Assembly (NCBI GenBank): GCA_010093745.1
Contig: MU005957.1
Span: forward strand, 248,001-312,000
DNA length: 64,000 nucleotides
From: Piedraia hortae CBS 480.64
Lineage: Eukaryota
Direction of reading: 5' to 3'
Position numbers and translations under genes: made by a program. A model generated the notes under the pieces. That model was not told the origin of the DNA and searched no databases. It worked only from the letters and a program-made list of their open reading frames with translations. Shown here piece by piece: positions 47,569-58,814 of this stretch. Numbering within the stretch: position 1 is the stretch's first letter; each line of letters opens with the position of its first letter.

Positions 47569-48697
47569 ATGGCATCCCCTCGTAGGTCCCACAATAACTG
47601 TAAACCAACGTCCATCTTAACAGACATGTTCAGAACAAATCCGCACTACCTTAACCGATCTCCTCCAGATCAACCATCCGGTGATGCTGGCAGGAATGAA
47701 CGTCGCGGCCGGTCCTAAGCTCGCAGCAGCGGTGTCTGATGCGGGCGGGATTGGAGTCATTGGCGGCGTTGGCTACACTCCGGACATGCTGCGCGAGCAA
47801 ATCGCGGAGCTCAAGGGTTTCTTGAAGAACAAGAACGCCCCATTTGGCGTTGATCTGCTACTGCCGCAGGTCGGTGGCAGTGCCCGCAAGACAAACTACG
47901 ACTACACAAAGGGCAAGTTGAACGAGCTGGTAGATATCATCATCGAGTCTGGGGCGAAACTCTTCGTCTCAGCCGTTGGTGTGCCGCCCAAGCACGTCGT
48001 CGATCGGCTGCACGCGGGTGGCGTGTTCTACATGAACATGATTGGCCACGTCAAGCACGTCAAGAAGTGCCTTGATTTGGGCGCAGACATGATCTGTGCC
48101 CAGGGTGGTGAAGGAGGTGGCCACACGGGCGACATTCCCACCTCAATTCTTATCCCCTCCGTAGCAGCTCTTTGCCGGGGCAAAACCAGCCCAATGACTG
48201 GCAAGCCCGTGCAGGTTGTTGCTGCAGGCGGTATCTTCAACGGCCAGAGCTTGGCGGCCGCCCTCTCCCTCGGCGCGTCTGGCGTCTGGGTCGGAACGAG
48301 GTTCATCCTCGCTGAAGAAGCGGGCGCACCAAAGGCTCACCAAGAAGCCGTCCGCACGGCTGGCTTCGACGACAACGTCCGCACCATCATCTTCACCGGC
48401 CGCCCTCTCCGCGTGCGCAATAACCCCTACATTGCCAACTGGGAAGAAAACCGCCAAAACGACATCAAAACGCTTACAGGCAAGGGCATCATCCCTGTCG
48501 AGCACGATCTGGAGAACGTGGGCGACGAGGTCGATGATGAAACCATGGACAACATGAGGCCGTTCTTGATGGGTAAGGCCGCTGCCGTCGTCAACGAAGT
48601 CAAGCCCGCCAAAGCCATCGTTGACGAAATCGTTTCGCAGGCCGCTCAGGTCATCAGGGATAATAACTCGTGCCTTGTGTCCAAGAGTCGGATGTAG
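47569..48697 (+). CDS. Nitronate monooxygenase / 2-nitropropane dioxygenase family FMN oxidoreductase
   Basis: Exon 47569-47581, intron 47582-47633; HPVMLAGM, AQGGEGGGHTG, AAGGI, VWVGTRF. Confidence 0.92.
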
Positions 48698-48859
48698 ATC
48701 TGAATGTAATCCTTTTTTTTTCTTTTCCTCCTGTCCCTGCGTCTTCAAGCTTCGTGGTGGGGCTGGGGAAACCTGGGGAAGCTCGAATCTGGTTTGGCGT
48801 GACACGAACCTCACTTGTTAGACAGTCTGACGGGAAGAACCCAGTAACAGCAATTTGCA

Positions 48860-49051
48860 ATGTCCCTCTGGCAGTCGTACAAAACCCTACAGCCCAGGAC
48901 GCGCATGCTCCTAGGCGCAGGAGTCATGTTATACGCCGTGCTCGGCATGCGGTATTCGGACAGTTTCGGGAATTTGCTAGGAATCACACCCACGGCACGC
49001 GATGAGGAGGAGCTCAAGGAGAAGATGAAGGTTAGAATTGTGGAGAGGTGA
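48860..49051 (+). CDS. Small single-pass membrane protein, 63 aa
   Basis: Good ATG context (GCAATGT); basic N-terminus, one hydrophobic segment, charged helical tail; fills the gap between two genes. Confidence 0.65.
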   Translation: MSLWQSYKTLQPRTRMLLGAGVMLYAVLGMRYSDSFGNLLGITPTARDEEELKEKMKVRIVER

Positions 49052-49249
49052 TTTACTGAGAAGGGAGTGAGGATATCCTCTGCGAGGCCATTAAACGGGA
49101 CGAAGTTGGTAAAGCAGTGACCGAACTTGGCTGTTAAGACAGGAGTATGGGGGTGAGAAAGCCCCGAGACAGTGGTAAGATGAAAATTCATGCCGTGGTA
49201 TTTACTAGGAATGCATATCATCCGACAGAATTAATAACACAGTGTACCA

Positions 49250-50575
49250 TTACTTTTGCGTCTTCACGATAGCCTCATTGGCGGCCTTTGCAAAGTAATC
49301 GATGTTCTTCGAGTTCAGGCCCGCCATGCTGATTCGTCCATTCTTAACCATGTACACATGAAACTGTTCGCGGAGAATCTGCACCTGTTCCTCGGTGAAG
49401 CCCGTAAAGGAGAACATGCCGATCTGGTCAGTAATGTGGTTCCACGTGCCAGGCGTCTTGAGCTCCTCGAGCTTGCTGCGCAGCTTCTGGCGCATATCGA
49501 TGATGCGGCCAGACATTGTGCGCAGGTCTTCCTCCCACTGGGCGAAGAGCTTTGGGTCGTTTAGGACTAGGGACGCAATGCGCGCGCCATACGCCGGCGG
49601 GTTGGAGATTTCGCTGCGCTGCAGAATGGCCAACTGGCTTGCGACGCGACGGGTCTCTTCAGACGCGCCGGAGCCGGGAGCCGCGACGAAGTGGAGACAT
49701 CCTGCGCGCTCACCATAGAGGCCAAAGTTCTTGGAATACGACTGCGCGACGAGAAGCTCGAAGCCCTGCTCCACAAAGTAGTTGATGGCCCAGCCGTCTT
49801 GAGCCAACGAGCCGGAGGCAAAGCCCTGATAGGCACAGTCGAAGAACGGGAACTGATTCCTAGATTTCATTACTTGTGCAATCTGCTTCCATTGCTCCTT
49901 TGTAGGGTCAACACCTGTGGGGTTATGGGCACACGCGTGCAAGAGAATAACGGAGTTTTCAGGCGCGGATGTAAGGGTCGAGATCATGCCCTCAAAGTCG
50001 AGGCCCTTTGTTGATTTGGAGAAGTAGGGATAATTCTTGATGGGAAGCTTGACATTCCCAAAGATCTGGTTGTGATTGACCCAAGTCGGGGTGGAGATGT
50101 AGACCGCCTTGGCTGCCTCGTTCGCCGGGTGGTAGAACTTTGCAAGGAATAGGGCGCCTAGATGGACCGCCCCCGTGCCAGAGATGGTCTGAACCGTCGT
50201 CACACGGTTCTCTTTGATGGCCTTGGCGTCGCCGCCGAAGATGAGCTTCTGCGACGCAGAGGTGAACTCGGCGAGACCCGCAATGGGAAGATATTCATGA
50301 TTTAAGCTCGGGTCCTGGCGCAGTTTCTCGTCCGCCATTTTCACGACCGGCAGAACCCACGGCTTGGCATTATCGTCGCGATAAGCACCTATGCCAAGGT
50401 CGACCTTATTGGGGTTATCGTCCTTTTTGTAGGCCGCCATGAGCCCAAAAAGGGGGTCCTCAGGCGCCTGGGGCACGACATCAGCATTGAATCTAGATTG
50501 GGACATTTTCTGGGTAGGTTGTTGTATGTGGTTGTGTATCTGACCAAGTCGCGCAGCCGGTCGTGTGTCAGACAT
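49250..50575 (-). CDS. AAT2: Aspartate aminotransferase, cytosolic type, with 23-aa N-terminal extension
   Basis: DLGIGAYRD, HACAHNPTGVD, DCAYQGFASG, SYSKNFGLYGER, GRISMAGL; ATGs at 50575 and 50506. Confidence 0.95.
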   Translation of the reverse strand: MSDTRPAARLGQIHNHIQQPTQKMSQSRFNADVVPQAPEDPLFGLMAAYKKDDNPNKVDLGIGAYRDDNAKPWVLPVVKMADEKLRQDPSLNHEYLPIAGLAEFTSASQKLIFGGDAKAIKENRVTTVQTISGTGAVHLGALFLAKFYHPANEAAKAVYISTPTWVNHNQIFGNVKLPIKNYPYFSKSTKGLDFEGMISTLTSAPENSVILLHACAHNPTGVDPTKEQWKQIAQVMKSRNQFPFFDCAYQGFASGSLAQDGWAINYFVEQGFELLVAQSYSKNFGLYGERAGCLHFVAAPGSGASEETRRVASQLAILQRSEISNPPAYGARIASLVLNDPKLFAQWEEDLRTMSGRIIDMRQKLRSKLEELKTPGTWNHITDQIGMFSFTGFTEEQVQILREQFHVYMVKNGRISMAGLNSKNIDYFAKAANEAIVKTQK

Positions 50576-50898
50576 GTGGGGCAATCAGATAAACAGGGAT
50601 ATGCTTCCCCTGTTCACACCGACTATTTTCCTATGTACCTTTCAGGTTGTTGAAATGAGCAGCTGCACGCTTTCTTATGCTCATGCAGGGCCATGTGAAT
50701 GCACGTGGATTTGCAACGGTCGGCGCCGGTTCGAGCCGAGGCCAGCTGCGTCTACAAGGATATAGCGCCACAACCAGATCGAAAAAGGAAGCGTTATTTG
50801 AAGTCCATGTCGGAGAAAAGCTCCATTCAACGTAATGCCGGAGAATATCGTCTGCTTAACATTCAGTCTCCATGTAATAGTCATTGCACGCCCAGAGC

Positions 50899-51947
50899 TC
50901 AAAAGACCAGATCCCACACAATCAGAAATCCGCAAAGCCCAGCGGTAATGTAGAACATTGTCTGCGCTGCGCTGCGCCTCTCGCTCGCCCGCTTCAACTC
51001 CCTGTTTCCCTTTCCCAGGTTCTCAGATGTGTAGAAACTATCCTGGACGAGCTGATCAATGTGCTCCGCCTGTAGCTCTATGTTTGAGACCAGGGTAGAC
51101 TGCAGCTCAGAGATTTCCATAATGGACTTTTCTGCCGCCGAAATCTGGTTGAGCTGGCTGTTGTAATGTTTCAGCATGGCCGAGTTCTCCTCTTCAAACG
51201 CTTGTTGCTGTTCCCGGCTGAGCTCGACCGTGCCCGACTCCTCGGATATTATGTTTCCCTGACCTTGTAGTGGTGGTGCGTAAATGTGTCGCCCGTCCTT
51301 TGACCGGTCAAGCATACTTTTGCTCTTCTCCAGTTGCCGCGCAAGCCGCATCTCCATCATCTGACTCTGCATCCTTCCGGCCTGCTCCAGCTTCGTCTGG
51401 AGAAAGAAAATAACACTATCGCGGTGCGCTCCCAGCTGTCTCTGCGCTGCTTCTTCATCCTCCTCCTCCGGGCTCTTCGCTGTGATTGCGCCGCCAGCTG
51501 CCCATCGCCCGAGCGCTTTGAAGCCTGTCTTGTTGCGCTTTTGCAGCGCAATTTGCTGGCCTGCCTCGCGCCGGAGGTCCTCGGCCTGCTTGAGCTGTGT
51601 CACAGCCGCATTGAGCTGGCGGATTAGCGACTTGGATTGGGCGTCGAACTCGTCCTTTTCCTTGTCTGTCAGAGGTTGCTGTTGTTGGCTCCGACCCGGA
51701 CGTCGGGACGGTGTCGCCGTGGACAGGTACGCACTGCGCATAGAGCGCAGCTCGCGCGTCAACTCGCTGATGCGCGCATTCTATCCAGGCGCTGTTAGCA
51801 TAGACCGGTGTCGGGGAGCGCAAAACGTACAATGCTGTACGCTTCTTGTATGAAGCTGTTGGCCTTTTCCACGTCGTATTCGTGCCTCAATACCTGCTGC
51901 CCATGCTGCTTTAGACAGATGTTGAACTCTGGAGTGATGTTGGCCAT
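50899..51947 (-). CDS. UFE1: ER Qa-SNARE Ufe1 / syntaxin-18
   Basis: Exons 51947-51831 and 51780-50899; F..EAY.I..I..L...L...R.AYL; SNARE motif EISELQ..L...Q...ID.L; C-terminal TM ending WDLVF. Confidence 0.88.
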
Positions 51948-52044
51948 GCCAAGAACTGCCAAGTAGATGGTGGGGAAGTGACGGTTGACGCACGAACGAC
52001 ACATATCTATAGGAATATCAGGTACATATCAACACTAACAAACA

Positions 52045-54200
52045 CTACGCGTCTTCGCTCGGAACGGCTTCGTATCCACTCCTTTGGTACGCCATCCTGG
52101 GTATTTCGTACAAATGGCCATAATCAATGCCTTCACCGCCCAAAAGACTACTGCATCCGTTTGACTTGGTATGGAGGATCGGCCCATCCGTCCAAAAGTC
52201 CCGGCAGTTGCTAAACACTCCGCGATAGAACGGGTTCCTCTTCTTGCGTTGCCGTCGCTCGCTTGCTGGCTTCTTGGAGCCGTTGTAGCCTTGGAAGGCA
52301 ATGGTGAGGAACGTATCGATCCCCAACAGTCTGTACCATTGACTGCAGCATCCTTCCTTTTTGGCATGCATTCTCTGCGGAGAAGGCGCCTCTGGACCGG
52401 CCAAATCAGACGCGTCGATAGAGGTTGTGCCGGTGGCAATAGCCGTCATCAAAGGCCCGGCTTGAACGGCGGAGCGTATCGTTTCAAACGTTGTGATGTT
52501 CCGTGCAATCTGCGTGAGGTGCACAAAAAGAAGCATCGTCGTCCAAGTCAACTGTAGTGAAGCCCAGCAAGCGGTGACAATCGTGAGCGGATCTTTACTG
52601 AACTGTGCACACCACTTCTCGTTCAGAACCGAGCATGAGGATTCCAACGGCGGCGGCAAAACCTCGAGGTATGCAAGGGTCAGTTGGATGAACAATATAA
52701 TCCCAACGATCAAGGCCACGACGTAGAGAATGAATTGCTTGTGATTATTCACTCCAACGCAGTTGTCCACCCAGGGACAATGGTGATCGTGTCGAGCCAC
52801 GCACCGCCCACACCGCCGGCAGTGTTTGCTGCGTAATGACTTGCGAATCATGCAATGGGTGCAAAAGTGGGACTCGTCAAACGCCCCGTGTTGGACAAGT
52901 TCGTCAATGGCGTTCTTGGTCTGACCACGAGATGACGACTTCGGAATGTAACCCGGGTTTGCCGTCATAGTTAAGGCGTAGAAATAGGTACATAGGCCGA
53001 AGGAAAGGGCAAATGCCAAGTTGAGAATGGGGTTGGTGTGATATGTGTGCAGCAATATGTCCACAACGTAGCGCACGCCCACCCAAAAGAGCGTGCCGGC
53101 GAATATTCCGGCAAGAAAAGGTGTCCGGTGCATGTGCTTCATATCTGCAGGAGCCCATCTCAGCGAGTACTGAACGAGAAACTGCAGTGCATAGCCGACA
53201 ATCAGAACCGAAGGCAGCCCAAGCCAGAGGGACATGTTAGCCAACATCCAGAGTTGTAGACCACCCAGTGCAAAGGGCCAGAAGAAGAAGAATCGCAAGA
53301 AGAACCACCTTCGATCTTTGACGGCCGGCAATGGGAAGCTCATCGGGTTTCCCTCTCGATCAAAGCCGGACTTGGCGAGCGCCGAGTACCAGGCCCGCGT
53401 TGAGCCCATCCGCACAGCCGTCATGGCCGGTGTGTCGCCTTCGGCATGTCCATCTGTGGGTCTACTTCGCGCAAATCTGTCGCTACCGTCCTCTATCAGC
53501 TTCTGGATGCAATTATGATTGCCCTTTACCAGGGCCCAATGCAAGGCAGTGAAGCCCATTTCGTCCACCGCATGCACATCGGCGCCCCATTTGAGTAGAA
53601 TCTCGACACATGGCCCATAGCCCTTGTATGCCGCCCACATGAGTGCCGTGTGTCCTTGAGCATCTGGCACATCAATCGGTATATCCCCTTGATGGAGAAG
53701 CAATATCAGCTGGAAAACGTTGCCGTCCAAGGTGACCGAATGGACCAGGTTATAGCCCTGATCGTCCCGAGAGAGAGGATCGGCGCCGTTAGCCAACAGC
53801 AAGGATATTATCTGGAGGTGACTTCTTTTGCTCGCCCAAAGGACTGGAGTCGCCTGAGCTTCACCACCTCGCGCATTCACATCTGCGCCGCTCTGTATCA
53901 GGAAATGGCAGAGCGCATAGTGTCCATTGATGGCGGCCCACTGACCATTGTCAGCCTAGATTTATCAGCAGCCATCTCGCTTACATGTAGTGCCGTAATG
54001 CCCTCTTCGTCCGTCGACCGCGCCGAGAACTTGCCGCTGTCAAAGAGCCGCTGAATTCCCCGGAGCTCTCCCAATCTGGCCAGCTGCATCAGGTCTTGCT
54101 CAACCGGATGCGCGGCCTTCTCACACCCATCTGATTCGGCCACAGGAATGTCGCCCACGTGCTGGCCATCTTTCTTAAATGCAGAATCATGCGACATCAT
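52045..54200 (-). CDS. AKR1: Ankyrin-repeat DHHC palmitoyltransferase Akr1
   Basis: Exons 54200-53985 and 53940-52045 (ITALH|WAAIN); ankyrin repeats; HCRRCGRCVARHDHHCPWV. Confidence 0.95.
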
Positions 54201-56374
54201 CGTAGGTCTGTCACATCATCATGTGCTATTCTTAATCTTGCCTGCGGCGGAAAGTCAGTACACGTCACCCATGTCATCCGGGAACACCCGCCGCCAATCA
54301 AGTTGCAAGGCGCCGACAGCCTGGAAACGCAATTCGCCCCACACGCTAAGATCACAGGGACAGATGTACACGACAATTGTTGAACCGAGCGCCACAGCCA
54401 CAAGGACTATAATGCAACAATGCAATTATCGCCGACCAAGTAAAATACACAAGACCCATTCGTAAAAAATACAGCCCCCTCTCAAGCAGCCTATTACCAC
54501 CTGACGTAAACAACACCATCCATCGTACAGAATCCCTTAGGGATATCCTGATGAGAACTTCATCGAGTAGCATACTTGTCTGCCCTGGTAGCAAATAATG
54601 AAGTTGTGGAACATGGGTTTCCCTATGACTAGACATGGTTGAATTCTCGACCGTAGCAACGTGCCAATCGACAAGTAAAGTGACAGTATGCTCGGAAATT
54701 CAAAATGCTGCATCCCGCGTGATCATGTACATCAGATCTCATTTTCCTGCGGCATGTTACATCTGTTTGACTGCTTGTCTCCAGGCATGAGTTGGCACCA
54801 ATTGTCTGAGACAGCACTGCTTGATTGAGATAGCACTGCTATGTTTGAGTCGGCACCTCTTGTCATAGCCAGCAGTTTACAAGCCTGGAGGCGCCCATAG
54901 ATAGAAGTCACCCTTTTGTGCTTGTCGAACCTCCGACAGCATATCTCTGTGTCCATTTTTCCTTCGGTGCACTGGTGTATCCACGGCCTGATGCCAGCCT
55001 GTTTCCAGTGTCATATAACATCTACCGGCGGTTATGTCCTATATCGATTTTGGCACGAGCCCCTCTCTTTGCAACTCCGAACGGAAAGAGGCTGAGCTAA
55101 TGTGGAGACTGTCTTTACGAATAATTCATCGGGTCGCTCGTGCAGGGTTCATTTGGCCCATGACTCAGCAAACAATGCACTATACCCAACTTCCCATTGG
55201 CTTATTCATGTCTATCACTCGGTGAATTGCATTTGTCGTCTTGGAAAGATATCCTCACACAATGCATTATGTCCAGCTTATGCATTGATCTTTCCCACAC
55301 TGGAGGGATATAACAGGCCCTTCTGCTCATATCGATACAGAAGTTACAACATTGAGAAAACATTGCGAGCTCCAACCCAACCACGAACAAGGTGACCACA
55401 CCTTTCCCGCCTCTACAAATCAATGGAAGAACGCTTACATTTGTCCCCCGTGACAAGAAGCACAAGCGCACGCCAGTTGGTAATGTCAGCAGCAGAGAGA
55501 AAGCCATCAAAATGACTGGTAAGTTTTCCGCCGAAAAGCCGTGTGCGTTGGAAATGTCTGCTGACGACAATGGCTATGAAGGTGATGTTGAATCTGGGGA
55601 TGAGAACATGGAAAGTGAAAAAGGGGGGTGGTATTATTTGTGATGTACAGTGTACAGATTAAAGGTTGGTTAGATTTTCAATGCTGACATTCAACCTGAG
55701 CGCCGCTCGCTTCATAGTACATTTATTTTCCCTACCCCCTCGGAGCCAAAGAGCCCATACCACTCCACTCACTTCACGAGTCGATTGTGTTCCGACCCTA
55801 GCTATTATAATTGCCAGAATCCAGCAATGTCGAATGACCTCGTCCTAGAGGGCAAAAGTTACATTCTGTACTCCGGGCAATTCTTCTGGTACGGTCTGTC
55901 GCAAAAGTCTGGGGCGGTATGCATCTGTATGTGTTAGTATCTGGTTCAGAGGTGAGGTTGCCCGAATGAGCCGAGAGAATTGTTCCCGGCAAAGTCAATA
56001 AAAAGAAAGAAAAAGCTGTAGAACGGACAAAGGATCTGTTGTGCAGGTCGCCGCGGAGCGATCCGCACGTGATGACCCACACCCCTAACCAGGGTTCAGG
56101 CGATTAAGAATTTTCTCTTGCAGCTCTATATACGCGTGTATACGGACATACCTGCGAGGTGCCGCTGCTTATTAGAATAGGGTCAACCCCCCAAACTCGC
56201 CGGATAGATCTGTGCAATCACATCATTTCCTATTACTTTTGATATGTGCAAACAGCTGTGCAAATCAAGATCCAGAAAATCCCACTTTAAATGGTCACGC
56301 GTCTGCCAATGTCATCTGTCTTTCCCTCTCGAGGGGTATATTTGTGAAGTTGGGACCCCATGATATTGTGACCA

Positions 56375-56492
56375 GGTCCAATGGTCTAGTGGTATGATTG
56401 TCGCTTAGGGAATCTCGATTCCAGTTCATTCGAATCAAAAGAGGATAGATCTATAATGCGACAGGCCCCGGGTTCAAATCCCGGTTGGACCC
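56375..56492 (+). tRNA. tRNA-Pro(AGG) with 46-nt intron (56411-56456)
   Basis: Acceptor stem GGTCCAA/TTGGACC, A box TGGTCTAGTGG, anticodon stem GTCGC/GCGAC, AGG at 56407-56409, T loop GGTTCAAATCC; 72 nt mature; T-run downstream. Confidence 0.95.
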
Positions 56493-56685
56493 TTTGCATC
56501 TTCTTTTTGCCCGCAACCAGCACGGATATTCCGATCTAACCACCTCACGATCGTCATAACCACAAGCAAACACTGTATGATGTCAGACACAAAAACCTTT
56601 TGAGAAAGAAGTTTCATATTCCTTTTTTGAAAAAGGCAGAAGCCCTTAGGTCATGTTTACGCTTGATCTACCATTCTACGTTTCT

Positions 56686-57816
56686 TCAGAAACTCTCTAC
56701 GTAAGTGATGTGATTGTCCTGGCACATTGTCCCTTGGGAAAGCTGTTGCTTGACGGCGCAGCCATTGTTACAGATTCCAAAACTGTCATCTCCAATGCAC
56801 ACGGTTCCAGCAGATGAACATGGCACGCTGCCTGTTTGGCATGTTCCGGACGAAATCGACGCTGCTGAAGCTGTGGACTGAGTAGTTGTTAGAGTGGAGA
56901 ACACCGACGGCCCTTGAGCAGATCTCGAGGAGTTTGCGAACGGCGGAGCTAGAGAGAAAGTCGTGGGTCGAAAAGAAGCCCGCAACGTTGTCTGTGTAGA
57001 GGCAAGTGTACTTGTCGTTGCAGAAGCATTGGACACGCCACCACCCCTCGGAGCCCCATCCATAGCACACATAGGACACTTTGGCCTAGCCAAAGGATAC
57101 GCCGCCTTCTCCACATTTTCCTTTCGAGCAACATACCTCCCCGGAAACGGAAACATAAAATCAACCCCCTCCTCAGCCGAACAGGCATCAACACCCGCCA
57201 AATTCCCCACAAACATCGTCGGCAACTCATCCATCTCCATCCCATCACCCTCCCTAAACTCCACATTAACACAATTCTGATACATCTCCCTATTCCCCAC
57301 AGTATTAAACCACGTCCAACTCAGAATCGCATGACCGGCTTTAACCCCCCTAGGAATCGTGAAATTATACTCATTCACGCAGTCGATGCCATTTGCCTTG
57401 GGGTCCTGACAGCTTATTGCGCCAGTATAGCGGCCCTGCGGGCCGGTGTAAGTCCCGTCGAGGTTACCATGCGTATTGGAGGGACATCCGCCTTCGATTG
57501 AGTGGATTACGAACCAGTTGCAGGGGTCTTTTTGTTTTGATGGGGAGGTTTCGTAAGTTAGGGAAAGTTGACATGAGCCGCCTCCGTGGACGGCTGTGTT
57601 TGCTCCGTTTCCGAGGTTGAAGGAAAGCAGGTGCGTGGAGCCCGCGGACATGATTTGGCCGCCGGAGGTGGGGAGTGAAATGCCGTGGCAGGGGAAGTTG
57701 GATCCAGAGGGGTTAAGGGGGGAGTTGATTCCTGTGCCCGGTATGGGGGAGGGGGAGGAGATGAATAAGTGTGCGCTGGCTTGGAGGATGAGGGTGAGGA
57801 TTAGGGGAGTGTGCAT
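56686..57816 (-). CDS. Secreted lytic polysaccharide monooxygenase, AA11-like, with Ser/Thr linker and Cys-rich C-terminal module
   Basis: Signal peptide ending ASA then His1; NFPC; AVHGGGSCQLSLTY; WTWFNTVGNREMYQNC. Confidence 0.85.
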   Translation of the reverse strand: MHTPLILTLILQASAHLFISSPSPIPGTGINSPLNPSGSNFPCHGISLPTSGGQIMSAGSTHLLSFNLGNGANTAVHGGGSCQLSLTYETSPSKQKDPCNWFVIHSIEGGCPSNTHGNLDGTYTGPQGRYTGAISCQDPKANGIDCVNEYNFTIPRGVKAGHAILSWTWFNTVGNREMYQNCVNVEFREGDGMEMDELPTMFVGNLAGVDACSAEEGVDFMFPFPGRYVARKENVEKAAYPLARPKCPMCAMDGAPRGGGVSNASATTSTLASTQTTLRASFRPTTFSLAPPFANSSRSAQGPSVFSTLTTTQSTASAASISSGTCQTGSVPCSSAGTVCIGDDSFGICNNGCAVKQQLSQGTMCQDNHITYVESF

Positions 57817-58814
57817 GGTGGGGGTTTGGGGGGTTTCTGGGGGTGTGATTTGGCAAGTTCGGGGGGCTTGCCCAAAGATTTATACGAGAACTGGAAGAGG
57901 GAAAGAAAGAGTAAGACAGAGTGACTGCACTGGACAACGTTGCAACCAGATGAACAAATTGCAGGGACTTTGAACAAGTGAAGGCCTTTACATCGGAACA
58001 AGACAAAATTTTGTCTCATGGCCTTTATGAAAGCACAGGAGGGACTAGGTCAACGCATCCAAGAAGATTTTGAGCAGCAATAAGATTTCACTGCTAATAC
58101 CATTTCAACAAGGATTCAACTGTAGGATATGAAAAGCGTGCTGCCTTGGTGTCTGGGACATTCAATGACAGTATACATTCGTGGCTTGTGTCCTATGAAC
58201 TTTTGTTGTCTTGAATGGCGTACCTTCCACCAAATGCAAACCGGAGTTACATAACAACACATCTCTTCAACCGGCCCTGTCTAGAAAGACAAGTGAGCAT
58301 GTTCCTTTTACTTCCAGATCAAAAGGCTGTCTTACCATACGTGATACCCGAAACTCTAGCAAACCTCTTCACATATCTCAAGAGAAAAGGTTTTAAAAGG
58401 ACACACAAGCCGCATATCTCCTGTTTGCCAGCAACCTACCAAGCTCCTCTTTGTGAAGTCTCAGAGTCAAACAAACGGCATGGATATAAAGCTCAGTAGT
58501 ATATGTATCATTCTCATCACCATACCATCACGTATGATCTAAAGATATCCTTTGTTGCTGCTGAGACCGTTTATTAAGTCTGCCAGCGTGTGCATTGACT
58601 ATATCCACCTCCTAACCCATTGAACCTCAAGATTGGTATACCTCGGGAAAGTTGCCCCAACTCCCACTAACTTCTCTCACATCCGTATTGAGATTACGTG
58701 CGTATTTATTGCACCGACAAGTGTATGGAAGAGGGAAACAACGCAGCTGATAGAATACATTCTTAACATTCGACTATCCACTCGGTGAAAACCAACCCAC
58801 CCCTCTTCAAGCCA

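Noticed and set aside
55392..55643. Short acidic ORF (…DDNGYEGDVESGDE…)
   Set aside because: Non-ATG start in the track, and no splice model or motif support.
54400..56370. Telomerase RNA gene in a 2-kb ORF-poor gap (CCCTAACC near 56083)
   Set aside because: Only an 8-nt template-like match, expected by chance; no supporting structure identified.
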